The translations under genes were made by a program, and so were the position numbers. A stretch of 64,000 nucleotides of DNA, taken from the NCBI GenBank assembly GCA_963763775.1, contig CAVXPZ010000001.1, forward strand, positions 960,001 to 1,024,000, given 5' to 3'. Under the pieces are notes generated by a model that worked only from the letters and a program-made list of their open reading frames with translations, searched no databases and was not told where the DNA came from. This document shows, piece by piece, positions 20,742 to 31,212 of the stretch. Numbering within the stretch: the first letter of the stretch is position 1; the number at the start of each line of letters is the position of its first letter. This DNA comes from an uncultured Chloroflexia bacterium. GTDB taxonomy: Bacteria > Chloroflexota > Limnocylindria > Limnocylindrales > CSP1-4.

Positions 20742-21458
20742 ATGGCCATCGCCGCGCCGCCGTTCACGGGCTTCAGCCCCGACGCGATCCAATTCCTCGT
20801 CGACCTCGCCGAGCACAACGACCGGGAGTGGTTCCAGCCACGCAAGGCGGACTACGAGCGGCTACTGAAGGCCCCGTTCGAGGCGCTCGTGGCCGCGCTG
20901 GCCGAGCGATTCGAGGCTCGAGGGATCCCACTGCTCGCCGACCCGAAGCGGTCGGTGTTCCGGATCTACCGCGACACCCGGTTCTCCAAGGACAAGTCGC
21001 CCTACAAGACCCATGCCGCGGCGAGCTTCCCGTGGATGGAGCGGACAGCCACCGGCTTCGAGGTCGCGGACGGCATGAGCCACGCGAACGGCGGCTACTT
21101 CAACTTCCAGCCCGGCGAGATGTACGTGGGCGGCGGGATGTGGATGCCGGAAAAGGCGCGACTTGACGCGTTCCGGCGCGTCGTCGTCGACGATCCCGAC
21201 CGGGTCCGGGCCGCGCTCGAGGAGCCGGCGTTCCTGGCGGCCTTCGGACCGGTCACGGCCCACGAGCACCTCAAGCGGGTCCCACCCGGCTTCCCGGCGG
21301 ACCACCCGATGGCGGACCTGCTGCGCTACAAGGACGTGGTCTTCGGCCGCCCGATGTCCGACAAGGAGGTCCTGTCCCCGGCCCTGCCGGACACCATCGC
21401 CGACGCGTATGCCGCCGGGATGCCCGTCTTCCGGTTCCTCGACACGATCCGGGCGTGA
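20742..21458 (+). CDS. DUF2461 (TIGR02453) family protein
   Basis: HNDREWF, FRIYRDTRFSKDKSPYKT, LKRVPPGF. Confidence 0.9.
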   Translation: MAIAAPPFTGFSPDAIQFLVDLAEHNDREWFQPRKADYERLLKAPFEALVAALAERFEARGIPLLADPKRSVFRIYRDTRFSKDKSPYKTHAAASFPWMERTATGFEVADGMSHANGGYFNFQPGEMYVGGGMWMPEKARLDAFRRVVVDDPDRVRAALEEPAFLAAFGPVTAHEHLKRVPPGFPADHPMADLLRYKDVVFGRPMSDKEVLSPALPDTIADAYAAGMPVFRFLDTIRA

Positions 21459-22437
21459 CTGCCCGGCGGATGCGCTTCGGGGCGGCGTTCTGGATCAACC
21501 GGCTCGATTGGCCGGTCCTGCGCGAGGCATGCCTCGAGGTAGAGGAAGCCGGGTGGGACGGGCTGTGGATCGACGACCACCTGCTCGCCGACGAGGGCGA
21601 CCCCGGCGACCCGAAGCTGGAAGGCTGGGCGACGCTCGCGGCGCTCGCGGTCCTGACCGAGCGGGTCCGACTCGGACTGCTCGTGGCCGCCAACACGTTC
21701 CGGCCGCCGGGCGTCACGGCGAAGCTCGCGACCACGATCGACCACCTCTCGGCGGCCGGTCGGTGCTCGGTCTTGGCGGGGGCTGGTTCGGCCTGGAGCA
21801 CGAGACGTTCGGGTTCGACTTCGGCGCCGGGTTCGGTGAGCGGCTCGACCGGCTCGACGAGGCGGTCGGGCTGATCCGGCGACTCCTCGACGGCGAACGC
21901 GTCACCCACGAGGGACACGTCTACGCCATGCATGACGCGGTCTGCGAGCCGCGGCCGGTCCAGGCACGGCTGCCGATCCTGATCGGCGGCTCCGGCCCGA
22001 CGAAGACGCTGCGGACCACCGCCAGGTACGCCGACCTGTGGAACGGCTACGGGTCGCCGGAACGGATCGCCGCCACGAGCGAGGTCCTGCGCGAGCGATG
22101 CGCCGAGATCGGCCGGCCGTTCGACGCCATCGAGCGCACGGTGACCGTCCACGGGGTGATCCGCGACACGAAGCCCGAGGCCGAGGAAGTCTGGGCCGAG
22201 ACGGCGAGGATGAACGGCCTGACCGGCAAAGCCGGCTCGGACGGGTCCGACCGCGGATTGACCATCGGCGGCTCGCCTGCCGAGGTCGCGGCCTACCTGG
22301 ACGCGTATCGGCGGATCGGGATCTCGGAAGTGGTCTTCGTGTTCCGCTCGCCGGTCGACCATGAGTCGATCGCCCGGATCGGCGAGGTCCGAGCCGCGCT
22401 CGCGGCTCTCGAGACCGAAGGGGCGTCGACCGGCTGA
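21455..22437 (+). CDS. LLM-class flavin/F420-dependent oxidoreductase; frameshift near 21755
   Basis: LWIDDHL, LEGWATLAALA, ATTIDHLS/GGR, PILIGGSG, ARYADLWN. Confidence 0.85.
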
Positions 22438-22453
22438 GGACGGCGCCGGCGGG

Positions 22454-23437
22454 TCAGCCTTCGGCGTCCGCGCGCCGCCAGAGCTCGGCGGCCAGCAGGT
22501 CCACGACCGCGATCTCGACGATGGCCCGGGTGATCGGGTGCGCATCGGCCGGCAGCGGGACCGGGATCGTGATCGCGGCCCCATCGACCGGCGCCCCGAC
22601 GGCGAGGCTCTGTCCGCCCCGGGCGGCCACGATCCGGACCATCTCGGCGGCGCCGGGCGTGCCGTCGAACACGATGACGCGATGGCCGGGGAGCGCCGTG
22701 TAGATGGCCACGTGCGCCCAGTCCGACCCGTCCTGGTGCGACGCCGCCAGACGAGGCCCTTCGCGCAGCATCAGCGCCCCCTGGCGCGCGGAGCCCGGGC
22801 GGCGGGAGCCGCTCACGACATCGATCGACGGGGCGCCGTCGAGGAGGTCGGCGGCCCGCCGGAGCCAGAGGCCGCGCTGGCCGAGGACCTTGCGCAACGC
22901 CGGCACCGCCTCGCGAAGCTGGGCGACGGTGGGCCCCTGGGCGCCGAGCCGGGCCACCGCGAGCCCGAGCACGGCCAGGGTCGCGCCGTACGTCCGGCAC
23001 GACACGCCCGAGGTCTCGGCGCCGGCCAGGAGTGGGAGCACCGTGTCCGCGCCGTCGGCCACGGGCGAACCCGGGTCGTTCGTGACCGCGACGACGGCGC
23101 CCGTGTGGCGATGTCGACGGACCGCCTCGACCACTTCGGCCGTGCGGCCACTCGCCGACACCGCGAACACGAGCGCGTCAGGGGACGGTCGAGTCGGCGC
23201 GTCCGACGAGGCGGTCTCGGTCCACGCCGTCATGCCCGAGGCGCGCAGATGCGCGACCACGGTCAGCCCCGCGTACCGCGAGCTGCCCAGCCCCGTGACC
23301 AGGATGCGCGGCACGACCAGCCCGTCGAGGCCGCGCAACGGCCCGTCCGGTCGCTCGTACGCGTCGAGCAGCGACGACAGCGCCGCCGGCCACCCCACGA
23401 TGTCGTCGAGCATCCGGCGCGGCCGGTCCGGGGTCAC
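22454..23437 (-). CDS. Double SIS-domain sugar-phosphate isomerase/deaminase (GlmS-C/NagB-II/FrlB-like)
   Basis: TGLGSSRYA, AVSASGRTAEV, AVTNDPGSP, QGALMLREGP. Confidence 0.82.
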   Translation of the reverse strand: MTPDRPRRMLDDIVGWPAALSSLLDAYERPDGPLRGLDGLVVPRILVTGLGSSRYAGLTVVAHLRASGMTAWTETASSDAPTRPSPDALVFAVSASGRTAEVVEAVRRHRHTGAVVAVTNDPGSPVADGADTVLPLLAGAETSGVSCRTYGATLAVLGLAVARLGAQGPTVAQLREAVPALRKVLGQRGLWLRRAADLLDGAPSIDVVSGSRRPGSARQGALMLREGPRLAASHQDGSDWAHVAIYTALPGHRVIVFDGTPGAAEMVRIVAARGGQSLAVGAPVDGAAITIPVPLPADAHPITRAIVEIAVVDLLAAELWRRADAEG

Positions 23438-24855
23438 GCCCGCGCCTCGTCGAGCAGCCCCAGCATCCCCTCGGTCGGCGCCCAGAGCCAGCTCGGGAGA
23501 TACGTGCTCGCATAGACGAACTCGTAGCACTCCTTCTCGATCTCGAAGGCGCGCACGAGGACCGGGTCGACGGCGATCGGTGATCCGGCTTCTCGGAGAC
23601 CGGCCCGGTACGCCGCCAGGAATCGCTCCCGGGCGCGGCGGCGCCAGCCCTCGAGGTCGAGCCCCGGCGTGTCGAGCGGGCCGCCATTGCGCGCCTGCGC
23701 GCGACGGCCGGCGCTGCCGCCGACGTGGTCGATCGATCGGAGCATCGAGGCGACGTCGCGCAGCGGCGAACGTGGCGCGCGACGATCCGCCTCGGACCGG
23801 AACGGCTCGCCCTCGAAGTCGACCACGCGCAGCCCGTCAGCGGCGAGCAGGACCTGTCCCAGGTGGTAGTCCGCGTGGATCCTCGTCAGGAGCGGCGACG
23901 TCGTGAGGGCGTCGAAGACGGTCAGCTCCTCCGCGATGCGGGGCGCCAGGTCGCGGACGATCTTCCGCGTCGGGGCGGCGTGACCTCGAGTGGCACGCTC
24001 GAGCTGATCTCGAGCCTCGGTCCCCCATCGCCGAAGGTCGTCGCGCGACGCCTCGCGCGTCTCGAACCCGGGCGTGTCGCCGGCCGCCGCAAGCGCAGCG
24101 TGCATCGCGGCCGTCAGCGTGCCCAGGTCCGCGGCCACCTCCGTCGCGAACTCGACGCTGACCTGGCCGGGCGCCAGGAGCCACGCCGTCAGCGACTCGG
24201 CGATGGCCTCGTACGCGTCGTCGGCATCCGCGACGAACGCCTGCGCGATCGCCACGGTCGTCGCCTCGCCGTCCGCGGACACGATCTCGGCGTACCCCGC
24301 GAGCGGCGGCACGGCCGCGAACCCACCCTGCTCCGAGAGGTAGGCGACGAGCTCCAGCTCGGGGTTCAGGCCGGGGCGGATGCGACGATAGGCCTTGACG
24401 AGCACCGCCTCGCCGAGCACGACGGACGTGTTGGACTGGTCCGCACCGAGGTCGCGCTCCGGCGCGGCATCGATGCCGGCGGGCATGGCCGGACCCGGAC
24501 GGCAGACGAGGGCCGCGGTGATCGGGCCGACGACGAGGCTGGCCCCACCCGAGGCATCCGGCGAGACCGACCGGAGCGAGGCGATCGCCCGGCCCTCCGC
24601 CATGGCCACCGCGAGCGCGCGCCAGGCGCCGTCGCCGGCCTCGGCGAGCCGCAATGGCTGTCCGGTCAGGGCGAGCAGGTATCTCGTCGGTTCGCCGGTC
24701 GTCCGGAATGCGGCGAGCGCCAGCACATGCGGCGCGTCGACGTCGAGGAGGAACGCCTCGACGAGCTCGACCGAGGCGATCGCCTGGCCCTTCTCGCCGT
24801 ACCAGCGAGCCGCGGCGAGGGCGTCACGGTCGAGGCCGTGAAGGGCGACCTCCAC
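23434..24855 (-). CDS. Maltokinase/glucosamine-kinase-fold (APH-like) sugar kinase; start uncertain (24855 or ~24879)
   Basis: ARWYGEKG, DQSNTSVV...LVKAYRR, RIHADYHLGQVL, VVDFEGEP, RDVASMLRS. Confidence 0.82.
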   Translation of the reverse strand: MEVALHGLDRDALAAARWYGEKGQAIASVELVEAFLLDVDAPHVLALAAFRTTGEPTRYLLALTGQPLRLAEAGDGAWRALAVAMAEGRAIASLRSVSPDASGGASLVVGPITAALVCRPGPAMPAGIDAAPERDLGADQSNTSVVLGEAVLVKAYRRIRPGLNPELELVAYLSEQGGFAAVPPLAGYAEIVSADGEATTVAIAQAFVADADDAYEAIAESLTAWLLAPGQVSVEFATEVAADLGTLTAAMHAALAAAGDTPGFETREASRDDLRRWGTEARDQLERATRGHAAPTRKIVRDLAPRIAEELTVFDALTTSPLLTRIHADYHLGQVLLAADGLRVVDFEGEPFRSEADRRAPRSPLRDVASMLRSIDHVGGSAGRRAQARNGGPLDTPGLDLEGWRRRARERFLAAYRAGLREAGSPIAVDPVLVRAFEIEKECYEFVYASTYLPSWLWAPTEGMLGLLDEARA

Positions 24856-24875
24856 GGCCTCGCGGTCGGGCGTGC

Positions 24876-26321
24876 TCAGATCTTGAGCATCACGTGCTTG
24901 ACGACCGTGTAGTCCTCGACGGCGTACATCGACTGGTCCTTGCCGTAGCCGGACTCCTTGAAGCCGCCGTGCGGCATCTCGCTGACGAGCATGAAGTGGT
25001 CGTTGATCCAGACGGTCCCGAACTGGATCGCCTTGGCGACGCGCATCCCGCGTCCCGCGTCGGCGGTCCAGACGGAGGCCGCGAGCCCGAAGCGGACGTC
25101 GTTCGCCCACTTGATGGCCTGGTCCTCGTCCGAGAACCGCTGCACGGTGACGACCGGCCCGAAGACCTCGTCCTGCACGATCTCGCTCTTCTGGTCCGGC
25201 CCGGCGATGACGGTCGGCTCGTAGTAGGCGCCCGGTCGGTCGGGCCGATGGCCGCCCGCGGTCACTTCGGCCCCGGCGCGAGCCCGGTCCACCATGCCCT
25301 CGACCTTGTCGGCCTGGCTCTTCGCGATGAGCGAGCCCATCTCGATGTCGTCGCCCTCGGCCGGGTTGCCCCACTTGATCGTCTTGACCTCGCGGCTGAG
25401 ATCGGCGACGAACTTGTCGTAGATCTTCGGGCCGGCGATGACGCGCGTCGCCGCGGTGCAGTCCTGGCCCGCGTTCCAGTAGCCCCACAGCTTGAGGGCC
25501 TCCGCGACCGCGGCCGAGTCCGCGTCGTCGAAGATGATGACCGGGGCCTTGCCGCCGAGCTCGAGATGCAAGCGCTTGACCTTCTCCGCAGCGACCCTGG
25601 CGATGTGCTTGCCGGTGTCCGTGTCGCCGGTGACCGAGACCATGCCGACCTTCGGATGCCCGACCAAGTCGTCGCCGATGCCGGCGCCGGTGCCCGTGAT
25701 GACGTTGAGCACGCCCGGGGGGAGGATGTCGGCGGCCAGCTCGGCCAGCACGAGGGCGGTCAGCGGCGTCCGCGCCGACGGCTTGAGGATGACCGTGTTG
25801 CCGGCCGCGAGCGCGGGGCCGATCTTCCAGCCGGCCATCATGATCGGGTAGTTCCACGGCGCGATGGAGGCCACGACCCCCACGGGCTCACGGCGGATGA
25901 ACGACGTGTGGTCGGCCATGTATTCGTTGGCGGCCTTGCCCTCGAGCAGGCGCGCGGCCCCGGCGAAGAAGCGCAGGTTGTCGACCACGACCGGGATCTC
26001 ATCGATGGCGGCGCCGACCGGCTTGCCAGCGTTCTTCGACTCGAGGCGACCGAGCTCCTCGGCGCGGCTCTCGATGGCGTCCGCGAGCTTGAGGAGCGCG
26101 ATGCTGCGCTCCTGCGGGGTCGTCTTGCCCCAGGTGTCGAACGCGGCCTCGGCGGCGTTCGCCGCGCGGTCCACGTCCTCGGCGCTCGAGGCCTGGACCT
26201 TGGCGATCACCTGGCCGTCGGCGGGGTTCTCGACGTCGAGGGTCTGCCCCGAGGCGGAGTCGACCCACTCGCCCCCGATGAACTGCTGGTAGGTCTTGAC
26301 GCGCTCGGCGACGTCGGTCAT
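24876..26321 (-). CDS. Gamma-aminobutyraldehyde dehydrogenase-type NAD-dependent aldehyde dehydrogenase (PatD-like)
   Basis: PWNYP, LELGGKAP, NAGQDCTAATR, EVFGPV, EMPHGGFKESGYGKD. Confidence 0.88.
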   Translation of the reverse strand: MTDVAERVKTYQQFIGGEWVDSASGQTLDVENPADGQVIAKVQASSAEDVDRAANAAEAAFDTWGKTTPQERSIALLKLADAIESRAEELGRLESKNAGKPVGAAIDEIPVVVDNLRFFAGAARLLEGKAANEYMADHTSFIRREPVGVVASIAPWNYPIMMAGWKIGPALAAGNTVILKPSARTPLTALVLAELAADILPPGVLNVITGTGAGIGDDLVGHPKVGMVSVTGDTDTGKHIARVAAEKVKRLHLELGGKAPVIIFDDADSAAVAEALKLWGYWNAGQDCTAATRVIAGPKIYDKFVADLSREVKTIKWGNPAEGDDIEMGSLIAKSQADKVEGMVDRARAGAEVTAGGHRPDRPGAYYEPTVIAGPDQKSEIVQDEVFGPVVTVQRFSDEDQAIKWANDVRFGLAASVWTADAGRGMRVAKAIQFGTVWINDHFMLVSEMPHGGFKESGYGKDQSMYAVEDYTVVKHVMLKI

Positions 26322-26430
26322 CGGGGGTACCTCCTGCAAGGTGACGGTGTCGTGTCAGCGACTCGGGATGGTGCGGCCATCGTAGACCGCCCCGGGTAGT
26401 CCGTCCCACCACGTGCGCGCGAGGGCGGGA

Positions 26431-27728
26431 TCACGGCAGGCCGACGCGCTCGATGAGGTCCGCGGCGCGGACCGTGCCGGACGATGCCTTGATGCGCGAC
26501 GACATCGTGGCCAGGCGCGCCGCGAGCGTCCCGTCGTCGAGCAGCTCGTCGATGGCGTCGGTCAGCTCCTCGTCGCGGAAGTCGTAGGTGGAGAGCCGCC
26601 GGCCGAACCCGGTCTCGTCGACCCGCTGGGCGTTGTCGACCTGGTCCCAGAAGAGCGGCAGCACGATCATCGGCTTGCCGTGGTGGAAGGCCTCGGTGAC
26701 GGTGTTGTTGCCCGCCGTGCGTGATGACGAGGTCGACCTGCGGCAGGATCGCCGGCTGCGGCAGGAAGCCCTCGCCGGTCTGTTGTCGTGGAGCCGGATC
26801 TCGTCGGCGAGCGGGCCCTTCGAGACGATGACCCGGTGCTCGGTCGTGGCGAGCAGGTCGACGAGCCGCTGCATCAGCCCGACGTCCGCGGACCCGAGGC
26901 TGCCGAGCGAGAGGTAGATGAGCGCCCCGTCGCGCTCGCGCAGGTGGGCCGGCAGCTCCCAGGTCGTGTCGGCGGCACGGACGGTCGAGTCGAGCCGGTG
27001 CCAGGTCGGCCCGAGCGGGCGCTCACGGGCGTAGTCGGCCTCGGCCGGGAACGAGTAGAGGTTGAGGAACGGCGACTCGGCGATGAACTCCGGCCCGAGG
27101 TCGCCGTACGAGAGTCCGCCGTCGCCGCGCTCGCGGCAGAACGCGTCGAAGTCGGCCCACAGGTCCCCGTGCGTCCGCCGGACCTCCTCGAGGAACGCCG
27201 GCCAGGCGTGCCGGTCCGCGACCGGGTAGCCGCTCGAGAACGGGGCGATCGCCGGGTCTTTCATCTCCGCCGGGTTGCACGAGACGATGCGGACCCACGG
27301 CCGCCCGCTCGACGGCGATGGCCGGGAACCCGACGACGTTGTCCTCGACGATCACGTCCGGCGCGAGCTCGTCGAAGATCTCGCGCAGCCGCTGGTCCAC
27401 GTACTTCGAGCCGTCGATGAGCGCCTGCCACGTCGGCGCCATGAACTCGCCGAGCTGCTCGAGCGTCGCTCTTGCGGAAGACGGGCGCCGTGTCCCGGAT
27501 GAAGTCGATCCAGAACTGGCCGGGGACCTCCGGGACCTCGGGCGGCGGCCCGAGGCGCATGAGGCGCTCCTCGAAGCCCTTGGCCTCGAGCGTGCCGGCG
27601 AACGACTCCTCCACGATGAAGACGACCCGATGGCCGCGGGCGCGGAGGACGTTGCCGATGCCGACGCAGTTGTTCGTCGGGCCGAACGCCCCCTCGGGGA
27701 AGAACACGATCGTCCGGGCGTCGGTCAC
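26431..27728 (-). CDS. GT1 family UDP-glycosyltransferase; about 4 frameshifts (~27470, ~27310, ~26780, ~26715)
   Basis: YLSLGSLG and a reconstructed PSPG-like box FLPQPAILPQVDLVITH/GGNNTVTEAFHHGKPMIVLPLFWDQ; SD AGGAGG. Confidence 0.82.
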
Positions 27729-27817
27729 GCGCGTCCTCCTGGCGGATCGATGCTCACCGGCGAGCCTTCGCCCGACGGGTCAGGCGTCGATCATGGCGCA
27801 ACGGCCGGGCGATCCGC

Positions 27818-28060
27818 TCAGCGTCGTTGCAGGACGGAACGAAGCCGCTCGTACTCCGCCTGGTCGATGTCGCCCTTGGCGAATCTCGTTCGGATCGCGT
27901 CGATGGCCGGGTCCCGTGGCATCGCGGTGGCACCGGATGACGGGCGCCGTGCCTGGTCCCAGAGCCTCGCGACCAGCAGGATCACCGCGACAGGGAGGGC
28001 GATCAGCAACGCGGCCTCGGCGACGATGACGAGGATCTCGGGGATCCCGATGTCCGGCAT
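27818..28060 (-). CDS. SHOCT-domain small membrane protein
   Basis: TM helix followed by DPAIDAIRTRFAKGDIDQAEYERLRSVL; SD AAGGAGG. Confidence 0.8.
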   Translation of the reverse strand: MPDIGIPEILVIVAEAALLIALPVAVILLVARLWDQARRPSSGATAMPRDPAIDAIRTRFAKGDIDQAEYERLRSVLQRR

Positions 28061-28140
28061 GGCGGCCCTCCTTCGCGTCGACGGTGCGTGGGAGCGTACG
28101 CCGTCGGCGGCATGGCGCAAAGCCCACGCGTCGACCAGGG

Positions 28141-28916
28141 TCACGCGCTGACGGTCGCTCCCCCGGTGTCACGGGCCGTCCTCGACCACGGCACGACCAG
28201 GCGTTCCAGCACACCGACGAGCCCGTAGAGCACAGGGACACGATCGAGGTCAGCAGGATCGCGCCGAACACGAGATCCGTCCGGAAGCTGTTCTGCGACA
28301 GCTGCATCCAGATCCCGAGGCCCTGCGTCGCCCCGACGTACTCGCCGAAGATCGCCCCGATGACCGCGTAGACCACGCTGATCCGGAGCCCGGTGAAGAG
28401 GTACGGCAGTGCCGCCGGCCAGCGCAGCATCCGGAACGCCTGACCGGGCGTCGCGCCGATCGAGCGCATCAGGTCCGACGCCTCCGGGGCGACCCGCCCG
28501 AACCCGTCGAGGAGCACGATCGTGACCGGGAAGAACGTCACGAGCACGACGATCGAGACCTTCGGCAGCAGCCCGAACCCGAACCAGATCACGAAGAGCG
28601 GGGCGATGGCCACGATCGGGATGGTCTGGCTCGCGACGAGCAGCGGCTCCACGGCCCGACGGACCGGCGTCCAACGGTCGAGCGCCACCGCGGCGGCGAT
28701 CGCCAGCCCCACCGACACGGCCATCCCCACGAGCGTCTCGACGAGGGTCGGGACGAGATGCCCGGCCGCGGCTCCCCGGAAGTCCCACAGGGCGCCGAGG
28801 ATCCGCGAGGGCGCCGGCAGGGTCACGGGGTCAAGCCCCGCGAGCCGCACATAGAGCTCCCAGAGCAGGACCAGCGCGACGAGGAGCGCGACCGGCGGCC
28901 CGAGGCGGCGGATCAC
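28141..28916 (-). CDS. ABC transporter permease, NitT/TauT (ThiX-like); frameshift near 28230
   Basis: LPAPSRI, SQTIPIVAIAPL, FFPVT, LFTGLRIS, GAIFGEYVG. Confidence 0.87.
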
Positions 28917-28926
28917 CTCCGGGCCG

Positions 28927-30015
28927 TCACGGCAGGAAGTCGTTCGTGAACAGGCTCGCGTAGTCCGGTGGCGCCGTCAGCGCCTTGCCGTCCGGCCCGA
29001 CGAGCAGGCCCTGGTCATAGAGGAACCCGGAGTAGCCCTGCCAACGCTCGAGCGTCTGGCGCCCGACGATCCCGGCCTCGTCGCGAAGGAAGCCGTTGCG
29101 GGCGAGGAACGCCTGACTCTTCAGGGGCAGATCCGGGTTCGCGTCGAAGACGCCCGGATTCGCCTGCACGAGCGTGGCCGCAGCAGCCGCCGGATCCGTG
29201 GCCGCGACCTCGAAGCCGCGCGCCGTGGCGGCCACGAACGCCTTGGCCGCCTCCGGTTCGCGGTCAAGCCAGCGCTTGTCGCAGGCGAGCACGACCTGGT
29301 AGAAGTCCGGGAACCCGTAGTCCGTGAACTTGAAGGTCCGAAGATCGATGCCGCGCTCGGCCGCCTCGAGACCCTCCCACGCGCTGAACGTGATGACGAA
29401 GTCCGCACGCTTGGCGTAGAGCGCCTCGTACGCCGCAGTGTCGAGCGTGACCGTGGTGAAGTCGCCGGTCCCGCCATCGGCCTTGATCACGGACTGCAGC
29501 GTCGGCACCTCGTTCGGGTAGCCGAAACCGGCATACGTTCGACCGTCGAGGTCGCGCGGCCGCGTGATATCGGACGCACCGAGGACCGCGATCTCCTGGC
29601 CGGTGTGCTGGAGGATCGCCATCACCGAGACGAGCGGCGCGCCGGCAGCGGCGGCGAACGTCATCGAGTCCTGGAAGCTGATCCCGCACTCGGCCTGGCC
29701 GGCGGCGATCAGGGCCTCGGGGGCCGTCGTGGCATACGGGAGGATCTCGAGGTCGATGCCGGCCTGGTCGTACCACCCGGCCTCGTCGGCGACGAAGAAC
29801 CCGGTGTGGTTGGTGTTCGGCGTCCAGTCGAGGGCAAGACGGACCTTGGCCGGTGGCCCCGATGGGCTGGGCGGCGGAGACGGCGCGACCGTTGGGGCGC
29901 CGGTCGGCCCGGTCGACGGCGGTGCCGACGGTGGAGGCGGGGTGGCTGCGGCCTGGCCGCAACCGGCCAGGGTCGATGCGGCGATGAGCAATGACGCTGC
30001 GATGCGGAACAACAA
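28927..30015 (-). CDS. ABC substrate-binding lipoprotein, NMT1/THI5 (ThiY-like)
   Basis: Lipobox LAGC and LDWTPNTNHTG; downstream of the TPP riboswitch; likely TTG start at 30015 after GGGAGA. Confidence 0.88.
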   Translation of the reverse strand: MLFRIAASLLIAASTLAGCGQAAATPPPPSAPPSTGPTGAPTVAPSPPPSPSGPPAKVRLALDWTPNTNHTGFFVADEAGWYDQAGIDLEILPYATTAPEALIAAGQAECGISFQDSMTFAAAAGAPLVSVMAILQHTGQEIAVLGASDITRPRDLDGRTYAGFGYPNEVPTLQSVIKADGGTGDFTTVTLDTAAYEALYAKRADFVITFSAWEGLEAAERGIDLRTFKFTDYGFPDFYQVVLACDKRWLDREPEAAKAFVAATARGFEVAATDPAAAAATLVQANPGVFDANPDLPLKSQAFLARNGFLRDEAGIVGRQTLERWQGYSGFLYDQGLLVGPDGKALTAPPDYASLFTNDFLP

Positions 30016-30046
30016 GACGCCGTCTCCCGATGCCGGGGACGGCGTC
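30007..30046 (-). terminator. Riboswitch expression-platform hairpin (terminator and/or SD sequestrator)
   Basis: GACGCCGUC-CCC...GGGA-GACGGCGUC followed by UUGUUGUUC on the minus strand. Confidence 0.65.
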
Positions 30047-30060
30047 ATCGATTCGAATGG

Positions 30061-30150
30061 CCTGCTTCCTTCGCCGGTACGAGCCGGATCAGGTTCGGCG
30101 GGTCTGTGGCGGTTGCCACACTCTCAGCGCACCACGCGCTCCCCGGAGGC
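30061..30150 (-). ncRNA. TPP riboswitch (THI-box)
   Basis: Minus strand reads GGGGAGCGC...GCGCUGAGAG...AGACCCGCCGAACCUGAUCCGGCUCGUACCGGCGAAGGAAG, matching the TPP aptamer consensus. Confidence 0.93.
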
Positions 30151-30299
30151 TTCTTTAATTACGAGTCAGCGTAGCACGGCGTCTCCGCGGACGGCCCATC
30201 CCTGCGTTGGCTCGTGCGCCCCTCGCTCACGCACCTCCAGGTGCGCTCGCTCACGTGCTCCTCGCCGCCTTGGACTGACCACGTCCTCGGAGACGATTC

Positions 30300-31154
30300 T
30301 CAGCTCGGGATGTGGGCGCGGAGCCAGGCGATGATCTCGTCGACGATGGCGGGGCCTTCGGGCTCGTTGTGGAGCTCGTGGCGGAGGCCCGGATAGGTGC
30401 GGCGCTCCACGCCGGGTGCCGTCGCAAGGACCTCGGAGGCGCTCGCGGGCACGAGGCCGTCGTCCTCGCCGTGGAGGACGAGCGTCGGCAGGCCGAACCC
30501 GCGCGCCGCAAGACCGCGCACGCGCGCCTGCTCGGTCAGGGCCTCGGCGCCGAACCTGGCGGTGCTGGTCTTGACGCAGAACGGGTCGTCGACGGTCTTC
30601 GCCGCGACGGACGGGTCTCGCGAGATCGTGTCGCCCTTGATCCCGTTCGGGATCGACGTCGTCGGGGCCACCACGGCGAGCACCGGCGCGAGCCGCTTCT
30701 TCCAGCCCGGCAGGGCCGAGTCGAGCGCCGGCGACGAGAGGACCGCGAGATCGGGCTTCGGGCGGTCGGTCAGGAGATACCCGGCCGCGATCAGCCCGCC
30801 GAGCGAATGGCCGTACAGCACGACGGGACGCCCGGACGCCGCGCCTCGGACGACCCTCAGCCGCTCGGCGAGATCGTCGTGGTACTGCGACCAGTGCGCG
30901 ACGTCGCCGGGCCGTCCGCCTGACCCGCCCATCCCGCGGTGGTCGTACGCGTAGGCCTCGAGCCCCGCGGCGGCGAGCTGGTCGCCGACGTGCTCGTACC
31001 GGCCGGAGTGCTCGCCGACGCCGTGGACCAGCAGCACGGAGCCCCACGGCGGCCCGGCCCAGGCGCCGCCGGCCTCTGCTTCGTCCGCCGGCCAGTGCCG
31101 GACCAGGAGATCGGTGCCGTCGGCAGCGGACACGTGGCTGACGATCGATGGCAT
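30300..31154 (-). CDS. Alpha/beta hydrolase (lysophospholipase/monoacylglycerol lipase family)
   Basis: HGVGEHSGRY, DHRGMGGS, GHSLGG, HGEDD, RHELHNE. Confidence 0.9.
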   Translation of the reverse strand: MPSIVSHVSAADGTDLLVRHWPADEAEAGGAWAGPPWGSVLLVHGVGEHSGRYEHVGDQLAAAGLEAYAYDHRGMGGSGGRPGDVAHWSQYHDDLAERLRVVRGAASGRPVVLYGHSLGGLIAAGYLLTDRPKPDLAVLSSPALDSALPGWKKRLAPVLAVVAPTTSIPNGIKGDTISRDPSVAAKTVDDPFCVKTSTARFGAEALTEQARVRGLAARGFGLPTLVLHGEDDGLVPASASEVLATAPGVERRTYPGLRHELHNEPEGPAIVDEIIAWLRAHIPS

Positions 31155-31212
31155 GGGTCCAGCGTACGCGACCGCACCGCCCGTCATGACACGCCGCCGA
31201 TACCATGCGCCG

